This document shows, piece by piece, positions 12,901-25,641 of a DNA stretch of 64,000 nt. The position numbers and the translations under genes were made by a program. A model generated the notes under the pieces. The model was not told the DNA's origin. It worked only from the letters and a program-made list of their open reading frames with translations, and did no database searches. Where the stretch lies: NCBI GenBank assembly GCA_004022145.1, contig RCNU01000018.1, one strand, 5' to 3'. Positions within the stretch are counted from its first letter, which is position 1, and each line of letters opens with the position of its first letter. The stretch is from Paecilomyces variotii (taxonomy: Eukaryota).

Positions 12901-15900
12901 AGCAACTGCTGGCTTTTGACGAGCGAAACCGCCAACTTTGTGCAGAGAGACTACATGTAGATGCGCAGGCCATTGAAAAGGTGCTACCAACTACAGCAAC
13001 TCAATCCGGTATGCTGGCCAGCTTTATTCGCAGTTCATCAGAAGCAACACGTTCGAAGCGATCATATATCTACCACTCAGTCATTCGCCTTGAATCGGGT
13101 GTCGATATCGAACGGTTGAAAGCCGCCTGGAATACTGTTATAGCCAGCTATGATTCCTTCCGCACCGTTTTCTGCATGTTGGATGACGAGATGGCGCCGT
13201 TCGCTCAGTGTATTATAGCACCTTCTTCTGCACCAAAATCTCAATGGAAGACATACGGTGACTCCAAGCAGGAGAACTCCAGTGCAGGACCACTGGACAC
13301 TGCTCTTCGCGAAAGTGAGGAGTCCATCTCATTAGAACGCCATCCCTGGAATATCTCTCTGGTGGCAGGAACCAACCAGACGGCTGTTATTTTGAGCATG
13401 TTCCACGGTATCTTCGATGGTGGCTCTCTTCAACTTCTCCTAGAAGACGTTACTTCTGAATATCAGGGCAATTCTCGCAGTCATCGGACCTCTATAGAGC
13501 ATATTGTGAAGCACCATTATCTGGCCGATCAGGAGGAGACGTTGAACTTCTGGAAGAGTCACCTGGAAAACTATTCTCCTGTTCAATTTCCTTCCGTCAC
13601 ACCTTATAGACCATCATCTGCCAAGGGTGTCTCTGACGCGGTAGAGATCACTGCTCGCACGAGCTATGACTGCCTGCGAACGCAATCGAAGATCATAGGC
13701 TCCACACCGCTCTCTGTACTTCAGGCTGCTTGGGGTTCGATCCTTCTCGCCTACACTGGGTCTCAGGAACAAGATATCGTTTTCGGAAGTGTGGTGTCTG
13801 GTAGGCTTGACACTGAATCCGAAGCATGCGTTGGGCCCACCTTCACCACGGTGCCATTTAGGCTTGCACCAGGTCGGGTGAGCAGTGGTCAAGGGAACGG
13901 CAGTCATACAAACAAGACTCTTACCAACCACCTGGCTTCCTTGAATGCGGAGACGTTGCCATATCTTCAGCCACGATTGGGATCGTTGATCACTGCAGAC
14001 GGCCGGCTACCTTATGATACCCTTCTGGCCTGGCAAGACTTCGGTGCCGGGACCCGTGCGAGCAGTCTCTGGACGTCCGTAGAGCATCCACCTATGGCGA
14101 ACGATTTCGCCGTCATGGTCGAGGTGTGGCCTGACACGAATGGCGCGCTGACCCTGCGAGCCACTTACAATGATATACAGCTCGACAGGGCTGCTGCACA
14201 GCTGATGCTTCAGCAGATGAGCGATATCATAGCTTTCATCCTTGACTCTCCCGACGAAACCTTCGAACATGGCCTTACCAGCACTAGCTCTAGCTTGAAG
14301 TCGTCCTGGAATCCAGAGCCGGTGTACCTTGAGGAGCCGCTAAACAAGACTCTTCTGCATACTCAATTTGAAGATCATGCGAAGGATCATCCCGAAGATG
14401 TCGCTTTGATTTTCAAAGGAGACCTTGAACGCGACGACAGCCCTCTTAACATCACATGGACTTACAGTGAACTCAACCGCAGAGCTGATGCTTTGGCGCA
14501 CTACCTTGTCGACCGCTATGGTTCATTTGCCAACTCTCCCATCCCTATCTGTATCACCAAGAGCCCAGCAATGTATGTCGCCATTCTCGGAATTCTCAAG
14601 GCAGGAAGTGCATGGTGTCCCATTGATACCTTTTCTCCCGCGCAGCGTCGGCACGATCTCATTGCTCGCACTGGCGCAAGAATACTTCTAGTCTCTAGCC
14701 CTGACGGAGAACAACCAAAGGATGCCATCCCGGACGGCGTCGACGTCGTAGATATCAGTGCCTTCGCCAACAGTACGCCAACTTACACAAATGGGTTCAC
14801 AGGCGATGATGCAGCCTCAAAGGCAGGTCCTAACGACATGGCGTATTTGATCTGGACTAGCGGCACCACTGGCGCACCAAAGGGAGTTCCAATCAAGCAT
14901 TCTGCGGCTGTTTCGAGTATGAGATCTCTTCAGAAAGATATTCCCGCGGACGTCCCGGGAGGCGTGCGTTGCTTGCAGTTCTCACAGTACACCTTTGACG
15001 TCTCAATACAAGATATCTTCTACACTTGGGGCGTAGGAGGTGTTTTGATATCTGCCACTCGAGAAATTATGCTTGGATCATTCGCAAAGCTTGCCAATAC
15101 TACCCAGGCGACACATGCACATTTGACGCCTGCATTCTCTGCCGGCATTCCCCGAAAGAGCTGTGAAACTCTGAAAGTCATCACCATGATCGGTGAGAAG
15201 CTCACCCAGCCTGTTGCTGATGATTGGGGTTACGACATGCGAGCTTTCAACACCTATGGTCCCGCCGAAGTCACTGTCGTCTCGACAGTCCGCGAGTTCG
15301 GCAACGAACACCGAAACCTCAAGAGTGCTAACATCGGATGGCCGCTGGAAACCGTTTCTGTCTTTGTGATGAAAGATCAGAAAGTCGTCATGAAAAACGC
15401 AGTTGGTGAACTAGCGCTCGGGGGTCCACAGCTGTCTGATGGATATCTCAATCAGGAAGAGACGACAAAAAAAAGGTATATCTGGAACGAAGAGACCGGT
15501 CAGAGACTCTATTACACGGGTGATCTCGTTCGCATGCTTTCTGATGGCTCTCTGGAATATATGACTCGTGTCGACGACCTGGTCAAGCTGGGCGGTATCC
15601 GTGTTGAACTGAGCGAGATCAGCTTCTCGCTTGGTGGTTGCCATCCACTCGTCGAACAAGTCGAAACTATGATCCTCAGCCGCCCAGACCGACCAACAAA
15701 GGTAGTCGTTGCTTTCCTATCTGCACCTGAGGCCGTCTCAGGCGAAGCTGGCGATGGGCTCGTTCTTTCCAATGACAAAGCAGTTGGCATTGCTCGTGCT
15801 GCTATCGACCAGGCACGATCTGTTTTGCCAGACCACATGCTTCCTTCGGTTTATGTGGTTGTCAAGAACATCCCCAAGACGCAGTCTGCAAAGATCGACC

Positions 15901-18900
15901 GTGTTGCGCTTCAGAAATCTTATGCTTCAGTCGATATTGAAGCATGGGAAAGCAAAGTCGACCCATCTGTCAATGGCGAGGTCCAACAGAATGGAACTTC
16001 CGAAGAACATGTCATAGTCGATATTATTTCTTCACTAGCTGGAATCTCTGCCAAGGGTATCAAGAAATCGAACAGACTGGCGTCTCTCGGCATCGATTCG
16101 ATTCGCGCTATCAGGCTTGCATCCAGACTGAACCAGTCGGGTTATCGAATCTCCGTGATAGACGTCCTCCAATGCTTCACTGTGCAGGATCTCATCTCTC
16201 TCGCTACAGCGTCCTCTAAGAACCAGTCGTCAGCCAACCGTTTCAACATTGACGAATTCGAACAGAGATGGCACGACTCTGTCATGACCAAAGTCAGCGA
16301 GGACTTCTCCGTTGTTCGTGCATCTCCTATTCAGGAAGGTTTGCTTAGTGAGACAATGGGAGTGTATAATATGTATTGGAGCAACCACTTCTTCTCACTT
16401 GATAAAGACGTCGACTTAGGGCGACTGAAGCAGGCGTGGCTATACTCCGCCCAAGAAAACCAGGCGCTGCGCGGAGGATTCATCCCGATTGCTGAACTTG
16501 AAGTGGACAACGCTGCTGAATTAGGCTTCTCGGTCTTGCAGCTGATATACAGCCAGCCAAGTCTAGACTGGAAGGTCTGTCAATGCACGTCGGACGATTC
16601 CCTGCAGGTCTTGCAGAAGAGGATAAACGGTGTCATGGCCAAGCACCAAGCAAACTATTTCCGCTACCCGCCTTGGGCAGTGACAATCTTAGATAAAGAT
16701 GGCGAGATGATTATGGTCTTCACAGTCCACCACTCAATTCACGACGGCCCGTCACTTGAATACATTGCGGAAGATGTGCGCTCAGCATACAACAATCCTA
16801 ATTTGACACCGCCCGTAAGGCACCAGCTGCTCGATGCGCTCGCGATTGTCCTCCCAAACTCAGACAAGGATGCTGAGAATCTTCACTTCTGGACAAGGGA
16901 GCTGGAAGAGTTCGCTGACCCAGAGGGACCGGCTTGGCCCGATTTGACTGGAAAGAGAAATGCAGCCGATCCCTCTCGACGTCGTAGATTCATCGCAGAG
17001 GAAATCACTCTTGGTGTTTCTGCGTCCAAGTTACAGTCTGCTGCAGTTCAATTCGGCGTCTCTTCAATTGCCTCCATTATTCGTGCAGCTTGGGGCTGTG
17101 TCTCATTGAATTACTTGGGAGCTCCAGCAACGGTATTCGGCGAGACGCTGTCAGATCGTGTTTTAGACTCGACTCTCCAAGATGTCATTGGGCCCTTAAT
17201 ATCAGTTGTGCCTGTTCCCTTCCGTCCCAGAGGCACCGTTCGGGAGTTCTTAGCTGAGCAGCAGCGGCTGTCGGCTGAAACGTGGAAGCATCGTCATATC
17301 CATGCTCGGACTGTCCAGAAGCTCCTGATGCGCTCTAGAGGCCAGACATTATACCCTGGACTCTTCACCTTCCACCCTGTCTCCGATGGTCGCGACACGA
17401 AGGCTGATGGACCGTCCCTCTGGTCAGAGCTCGAGGATCAGATCGGTCTAGATGTGGAACATCCGATGGCACTCAATGTCACACAAAACGATGCCGGTGA
17501 ACTCATTCTGAGTGCATCTTCTGAGGATGCGGTGATGAGCTCCGAGCACTTGTCGTTATTCGTCCGTCAAGTTGATGCTCTCGTCAGTGTCATGCTATCT
17601 CATCCGGATGAGGAAGTTCTGGAGATCGTCAACCACTTGCCTACCCACATGCTGTCAATAAGTAACCCCAAGATCAGTCCAGAAGTCGCAGACTCAGTGA
17701 CTAAGAGTCCTACCTTCTGGCTGGAGAAGTGGGCCGGAGAGCACCCGGAATGGACCGCAGTAGAGATCGCCAGTGAAATCACAGAAGCCAAGGTCGAGAA
17801 GGAATCTATGAGCTTTGGTGAGCTGAATGCTGCGGCTAACCGTGTCGCTGCATATATTGCAGCAGCCGGCGTGAAGAAACGGATGGTTGCACTCTGCTCT
17901 GGGCGCACTCTTGCTTCCTATCCGATCATCGCGGGTATCTTCAAATCGGGCAATACGTACCTCCCTATCGACGAAGCACTTCCTGATGACCGCAAGGCAT
18001 TCTTGATCGAAGATGGAAACTGTGCGTTTGTCTTCACCGAGTCTAGCCTTGTCGACACATTCTCCGGTGCCCCTGATAGCTGCAAGGTGATTTGCATTGA
18101 CGATCCAGCCTTCCAAAACACTCTAGAAGGTTATTCCCCGGAGAATTTTGAGTCCCAGGCAGAGCCAGACGATATCTCCTATCTCCTTTACACATCTGGT
18201 TCGACAGGCAAGCCCAAGGGTGTTCTGGTGACTAGAGGTAACCTCTCCTCATTCGTGGAGAGTCAATCAGAATTCATCTGTCGTCATGCTCCGGCAACAC
18301 TCAAGCTCGCTGGCGCTGGTAAATATCTGGCACTTGCCAGCAGAGCTTTCGATGTCCATCTTGCAGAGATCTACCTCGCCTGGCGCCATGGCTTGGCGAC
18401 AGTAACGGGTCCCCGATCGATGCTGATGGACGATCTCCATTTGGCTCTCACCAAGTTGGACATTACCCATGCTAGCTTTGTCCCGTCGCTCCTCGATCAA
18501 GCCAACCTCATCCCAGATCAGTGTCCGAAGTTGAAGTATCTGAGTGTGGGAGGTGAGAAGATCTCAAAGAGAGTGGTCGACACATGGGGCGCCTCCACCA
18601 GCGTGGCCCTGGTCAACGCCTATGGACCAACAGAAGTGACTATCGGCTGTAGCTCAGCACTTGTCACGCCAGAGACCAATTTGAGGAATATAGGAAAGCC
18701 CCTCGGGTCTTGCGTAGCTCACGTGTTGATTCCCGGGACTGAGATTTATGCTCTTCGTGGCCAAACAGGAGAGCTTTGTTTCACCGGAGATCTGGTCGCA
18801 AGAGGCTATCTCAACAGACCTGATGCCAAGGGATTTATCGATGACTTCCACGGCACTCGGCTCTACAGGACGGGTGATATCGTCCGCTTAATGGCCGATG

Positions 18901-21900
18901 ACTCCATCGAATATCTCGGTCGTGGCGATGATCAAACCAAAATCAGAGGACAGCGACTGGAACTCGGAGAAGTCTCAGAAGTCATCAGGTCCTCGTCCGA
19001 AGTCAAGCTCGATGTTGTCACTATGCTCGTCCAACATCCAAGCCTCTCCAGAGTACAATTAGGCTCGTTCATCGCACGAGCAGAGGACAGGCCGCGTGGA
19101 AAAGGTCACACTGTTTCCTTCTTGGAGTCCGAGTTCCGGACAACAGGTCAAGAGCTTCGGTCCGCATGTCAAAAGAAGCTCCCTGCGTATATGGTGCCCG
19201 AACTCGTTATCCCCGTGAACTTTATCCCGCTGGCACCAATGTCTGGTAAGGCGGATGTGAAACAACTCCAGGCTCTATTGGCGGGAATTCCGTTGTCGAA
19301 TCTCCTGCAGACAAATGGCGGACCGTCACTATCTTCTAATACTGCACCGAGTCGTCCCCTGACCAGCAACGAAGAAGAGGTGGTCAAGGCAATCCTAAGT
19401 GTCATCTCCACGGATGCCTCGATTATCAGTCATGCAACGAACATCTTTGAAATCGGCCTCGACAGTTTGAGTGCTATCAGTCTGTCGGTCAAGCTGAGGA
19501 ACATTGGCTATGAAGCAACCGTCGCATCCGTGATGAGCAACCCCATAGTTGAACAACTTGCTCAACTGCCTAGGTCTTCAGGTGCAGCGACCGATGCCAC
19601 AAGCGAGGAGACTCGAAACAGATTCCGCGAATTAGAAATCTATGTCCGTGAGAACCCTGCAGATGGCGTCGATGCAGCAACGATATTTGCTGTTAGACCC
19701 TGTCTCCCCCTCCAAGAGGGACTGGTGGCACGTTCCATGAACAGCGAGGGTGTGCAGCTATACGTCAACCACATCATGCTGGAGTTGTCCGGAAGCATAA
19801 ACTCGGACAGATTGAAAAATGCCTGGGAAGAAGCTGCAAAAGACAACGAAATCCTTCGAACTGCATTCGTCCCGACGCCGTCAGGCATCGTTCAAATGGT
19901 CCTCGCCAAAAGTGAATACAAGTTACCTTGGGACGTAAAAGAAGTTGATGACACAGAGCTGCCGTGGTTGAGCTCTCAAGATCAACAAGAAGAACTCGCA
20001 AAGGATATCATCAACCGTATTTCCTCAATCCCACCACTTCGTTTCCGGTTGGCAAAGTCCACAGGACCCCAGCAACGACTACTCCTGTCCATCGCTATCC
20101 ACCACTCTCTTTATGATGGAGAGTCGCTTTCCATGTTACTGGATGAGGTTGCAGCGCGGTACAAAGAAATCGATGTCCCCAAGAGAGGTTCTGCTGCCGC
20201 TTTCGTGGAGTATGTCCATTCTCAAGACATCGAAAGGTCCAAAGTCCATTGGACACAGTTTCTTGAGGGCTGCGATCCTACCACTTTCAGAGCCAGCCAA
20301 GACGATGTATTGGAGCAGCCAACAGTCGTGCATCGAACTCTCGGGTTCAAGCTCTCTGCACTGGAAGCGCGCGCATCAAGTCTGCGGACAACGGCACAAT
20401 CTCTGGTACAAGCAATCTTTGCGCTACTCCTTGCGGACACTGTGGGCAAAGGAGATGTCACGTATGGAGCGGTCCTTTCAGGAAGAGCTGTCCCAGTTCC
20501 CGGAGCTGATTCCGTGCTCCTCCCTTGTATTACGACGGTGCCTGGTCGACTAAACACTGACGGTCTTACAACCGTCAAAGAGGTTATAAAGGCCGTTCAG
20601 GAATCAGCTGTGAAGTCGCTGGAATACCAACACACCTCTTTGCGACTCATACAACGCTGGGTTGATTCTGAGAGGCCTCTTTTCGATTGTCTCTTCTCGT
20701 ACATTCGGAGCACGAAGCCTCGGGATCATGGTCTATGGAAAGAACTAGACAGCCAGATGGCTGCTGACTATCCTTTTGCTCTTGAAGTCGAAGCGGACAA
20801 TGCAAACGACCTCATGTACACCCACTGTGGCTTCACCTCCGCGTTTGGCGCATCACACAGCGCAGAGGACTTCCTGGAGAAAATGGACGTCCTTATCTCG
20901 AGCATAATCGATGGTGCAGACGTTTCCTTGGACAACTTCAACTTGTCTGTATCGAGACGATCAGACGCAATCACTAAGGAATCCCGATGGGACGAGGCGT
21001 CATGGTCGGAGATTGATACGAAGATCCGTGAGCTCGTCGCCAGCTTCTGTGGTCTAGGCCTAGAGACCGTTTCCAAGTCAGCTTCATTCCTCAGTCTCGG
21101 TATTGATTCAGTTACCGCTATTCAGTTTGCGCGCAAGCTGCGTGAATGCGGGATTCAGGTTTCATCAGCTGATATCATGCGTTTCTCTTGCGTCGGAGCG
21201 TTGTCTGCTCACATTGAAGACACGCGTGCTGAATCCAAGATCAACATCAATGGCGTCACGGAGACGAATGGTATCAAGAGCCTTGATGAATACCGGGATA
21301 AGATACCTCTTCTAGCACCCGAAGATTCTATCTCGACCGTCTTTGAATGCGCACCGCTACAAGCAGGCATGATCACTCAGACACTGGCTTCTTCCGGTGA
21401 AGTGTATGTCCACCCGCACATTGTCCAGCTTTCCGATACGACAGATATTGAGAAGCTTCGACACGCCTACGCTGAAGTGGTCTCTTCAAATGATATCCTG
21501 CGCACATCATTCCACTCTATGCAGGAGCTTGGCTTCTCATGGATCGGCGCAGTCCACAGCTCCCCCCCTCTTCTATGGGAGGAGATTAACTTATCTTCAG
21601 ACCTCAATATCGCTGCTGAAGTGACGAGCCGTTTCCGGTTGCAAGATGAAGCTTCCTTCCAATCCCCACCGCTGCGCGCATTTGTGCTTAAGACCGCGGA
21701 CAAGATATACCTGGCTATAGCCATGCACCACGCGCTGTACGACGGTGTCTCGTTGCCGTACATCTTCGAGGATCTCGCAAGCATCTACCAAGGATCAGTA
21801 CCTCCAGCAAGACCTCAGTTCACAGAGGTGGTCGGACATATCTTGGAAGGTCAAGAAGAAGCATCCAGGTTCTGGACCCAGAGACTGCGTGGCTATGATG

Positions 21901-24434
21901 TCTTCGAAATCCCACCGCTGCCCGAAACCGAATCATCAGAAAAGATGTACCTCGCAGAACGGCGCGTCGACCTTGATCTGTCGATGATCATTGAAGCCTG
22001 CAAGAACCTGGAAGTTACCGTCCAGACAGTATCTCTCCTGGCATATGCCAAAGTCCTAGCGTGCTTGACAGGTAAGCGAGACGTCGTTTTCGGACACGTC
22101 CTCGCCGGACGTTCTCTTCCTGTTACTGGAGGCGAAAGGACCATCGGTCCATTATTCAACACTGTTGCGGAGCGCGTCACATTAGATCCCAAATTCCTCA
22201 GCAACAAGGCAATAGTGACTCGCCTGCAGCAACTAAACACCGATGCCCAACAATACCAGCACGCTTCTCTCCGCACCATTCAAAGCTCCCTGCGCCAGTC
22301 TGATGATCTAAAGACTGCGTCCATCTTCGACAATCTGTTCGTCTTCCAGAAGACTGCCGACCTAGAGCCTGGAGTTCTCGACGAACAGCAAATCTGGCAA
22401 CCATACGTGACAGAAGACACCGGCGCACAAGCTGAGCACAAACTGAACGTCGAAGTCGACCATACTCGAGACGGCGTCATAATCCGAGCATCTTGCAAAG
22501 GACAGTACATATCTCAGGAGACGCTCCGCTCTCTTCTCAGGGACTTCGAGCTCGCGTTCAAAGACATCATCGAACACCCAAATCGCTGCGCAACGATCAT
22601 TCCTGAGAAGCTCCAGCAGCTACCACTTCAACTGACCGACGGCAACAAGTCCACAGACGAGTCGACTCACCAGGATCCCAACATCCCCGCACACGAGGAC
22701 ACCGTCCGGCAAATCCTGGCTGAAATCGCAAGCGTGCCCCCAGGAGTCATCACGCCCACCACCAGCATCTTCAGCATCGGACTGGACTCTATCGCTGCAA
22801 TCCGCATCGCTGCCACTTGTCGCGCCAAGGGCCTCAAGGCAGGCGTTGCTGATATTCTCCAAGGAAACACTCTTCGTGGCATCAGCATGCGCGTCTCAGA
22901 CGAAGCCTCTTCGCCATCCTCCCAGGAAGAGAGGAACAACGACTCAGCCAAGAAGACGAAGAAACCGCTCCTTCCCAACTACGAGCAGGTCCAGGAGACA
23001 GTGACGCGACAACTCGGCATTCCTGCCGATGCCATCGAGACTATACTCCCCTGTCTAAGCGGGCAGATGTACCATCTCGTCAGCTGGTTGAAATCCGGCC
23101 GTACGCTCTTTGAACCGGCATGGACGTATTCCAGTCGTGAAAGACTAGATGCGGACAAACTGAAGCAAGCATGGTTCAAGCTCCGACAGAGACATCCTAT
23201 CCTGCGCACATGCTTCGCGGCTCTCTCGCCAGCTGACGCTGTCCAGGTTGTCTTGAAAGAAGCACATCGCAACGGTAACGGGGAAGACGAAACGTTCGAA
23301 TTGATCGATGCCTCTTCCAAGGCCGTCGTCGAAGCAGCGCAAACTCAAGCAAGAGAAGAAGCGCTCCATCCCTCCTCGCTAAAAACACCACCCGTACGAC
23401 TCCGTCTCGTGAGGGCGTCTGATCAAGATGCAATCCTCCTCCTCGTCAACCACGCCGCATACGATGCATGGACCATGCCTCAATTCGTTAACGAACTCGC
23501 AGAGCTGTATCAGAACCTCGAGCCAACTTCGAACCCGGACTTCCCATCCTTCGTCGAATACTCGATCGATTCTCTGCAGAGTCTTGATCAGGAGAAATAC
23601 TGGATCTCAGCCCTCGCAGACGGCACGCCTACAATTCTCTCCAGTGAAACAGACCCGTCAGATAAGCAGCAGCAGCAGCGACCATCTCAACTCTTCGTCG
23701 GAGCCTGGGACACGATCCACAATGTCTCCAGCCTCGACAAGACTGTCCGTGCAGCAGGAATGGGTCTCCAAACCATCGTGCTTCTCGCGGTGGCCCGCAC
23801 CCTCGCGCGCCACACCCAAACCGCGAACCCGACGTTTGGTCTCTACCAGACTGGTCGCTCGGCCTCGTTCACAGACATCGAGCGCCTCTCTGGACCCTGT
23901 TTGAACGTCACACCTTTCACCGTAAAGAATGCCCTCGATGCACCATCTGACTCACACGCAGGAGCGGAAGCGGAAGCAGAAATATGCATCAATGCAGCGC
24001 GCACTATCCAATCCACCCTCGCAGAGCGCGTCCCCTACGAGCAGTCGTCTCTACGAGATATCCTCCGCTGGACAGGCCACGGCAGTAAAGATGCCCCGTT
24101 GTTCAATGCCTGGGTCAATCTCCTCTGGGCTCAGCCCAGTGATCCCACAGACTCCTCGTCGCTCTTCAGCCCTCTCCCTATCGGGGTGCCAACAGATTTT
24201 ATGCCCTCGCATCCTCTTCCCGGCAGCACGTCAGTCGACCTGCTTGACACAACCTTCTTGCCTGACGAGGGCTTCTACATCGATATCGGACCAGATCCGC
24301 GCAAAGACACGATCGGATTCGGTGTCCGAGTCGAGGGTGGGATCATGGATGAGAGTGAGGTGAGAACGTTCATTGATGCGGTGGCTACTGAGGTGGAGAG
24401 TATCGCTCAAAGTCTCGCACGGCCCGTAAAATGA
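9964..24434 (+). CDS. sidC: Ferrichrome-family siderophore NRPS, SidC-type, ~4,805 aa, A-T-C-A-T-C-A-T-C-T-C-T-C
   Basis: Exon 1 9964-10515, intron 10516-10568 (GTTAGT..CTAAC..TAG), exon 2 10569-24434 in frame. Three A domains (FTSGSTGKPKG, WTSGTTGAPKG, YTSGSTGKPKG), five T domains (LGIDSL, LGIDSI, IGLDSL, LGIDSV, IGLDSI), five C domains (FHGIFDG, HHSIHDG, HHSLYDG, HHALYDG, NHAAYDA). Confidence 0.93.
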
Positions 24435-25019
24435 TCATTGCAATGTGGGAAAGGGGGAGAAATACCAGGGCCGTAGTGCTCGGGAAGGGAACGAAACATA
24501 GATATAGAGTGCATACCCAGTCCATTGTATATACTAGTAGTAGCCGTTGATGTACATTTCCTTTTCTCGTCCTTTACCGGTCATCGTTACGAATCAGCGC
24601 GTGTATATATACTTGTAGAACCACGCTCAATCTACACGAGTGATAATCCATTACAATAGCACTCGATGACACAAGAAAAAGAAGCTTTCTCGAACACTTG
24701 TCAACTTTTGATATTAAATATGTATATACATCAGGGGTAAGAGGTCGTTATACATCATTGCGTCACACCATTGCCTGTGGGCGGAGCAAGGGATGGAGAG
24801 GCCAAAATAATTATGCATCTAAGATGCGCGGAAGCAGGAAAAGGATATGTGACAGGCATTACAATGAAGAGTGTGAAAAGCTGTTCAATATGTATGTGCG
24901 AATGGGAGACATGCTTGGAGAGCATTGTGCTCTGTAATGGAAGGGGTTGATGAAGACGGAGTCGAGCCAAGGGGCCCCAGTGAAAGCAAGAAAGGAAAGC
25001 CAAAGCCGAATATATAGAA

Positions 25020-25298
25020 GCCTGGGGGCCCCGATGACAAGATGGGGCCCCAGGCACATGAATGTGAAAAGAACAGTGGGAATATGAGAACACTGAAAAG
25101 CCTGGGGCCCCCGGTGACATGATGGGGGCCCAGGCACAGACAGAAAAGAAGAGAGAACCAAAGAGAAATACATACATAAAAAGCCCAGGGGGCCAAACAT
25201 ACGGCCCCCCTGGGCACATGTGAACACTCAATGTTGGGGCCGGTAAAGAAGAAAGAAAACATAAAAAGCTCCGAAGGACCACATACGGCCCCTCGAGC
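25020..25298 (-). repeat. Array of four GC-rich stem-loops, ~80-85 bp period, A-rich (plus strand) spacers
   Basis: Stems start at 25020, 25100, 25183 and 25268. Each is framed on the plus strand by AAGC..GCACA. A partial fifth arm lies at 24971-24980. Confidence 0.85.
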
Positions 25299-25641
25299 AC
25301 AAGACCGTATCGATGGGATCGACTGTCGCAACCATATGGATGTTGTTGGGGAGAGACATATAATTCCGATGAGGCCATGCGGCAACGCCGGCACAAACGG
25401 ACGACAAAACAAACAATAGCACAAAGGATGCCGATACCCCCGAAGGGATAACGATACAAAATAAAACAGGGGGTAAGGATATCAAAAAAAAAAAAAACAC
25501 AAAACAAAAACGCCGAACGCCCCCGGCCCCAACCAACGCCAACAAAACTAACATACAGGATAAAAAAATACAAAAATAAAAACTACAAAAACAAAAACAA
25601 AAAACAAAACAAAACAAAAACGAGCGACAGGCACGTCACGA

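Noticed and set aside
25020..25298. CRISPR array interpretation of the palindromic repeat-spacer pattern
   Set aside because: Eukaryotic context, no cas genes, repeats too divergent, and spacers share motifs (GAACACT, ACATAAAAAG).
25367..25399. Hammerhead-like CCGATGAG..stem..ACAAAC
   Set aside because: Core deviates from CUGAUGA/GAAA at essential positions; stems I and III not found.
24698..25617. Long Phe/Leu-rich ORFs in the track between sidC and stu1
   Set aside because: By-products of the low-complexity U-rich strand; no recognisable domain.
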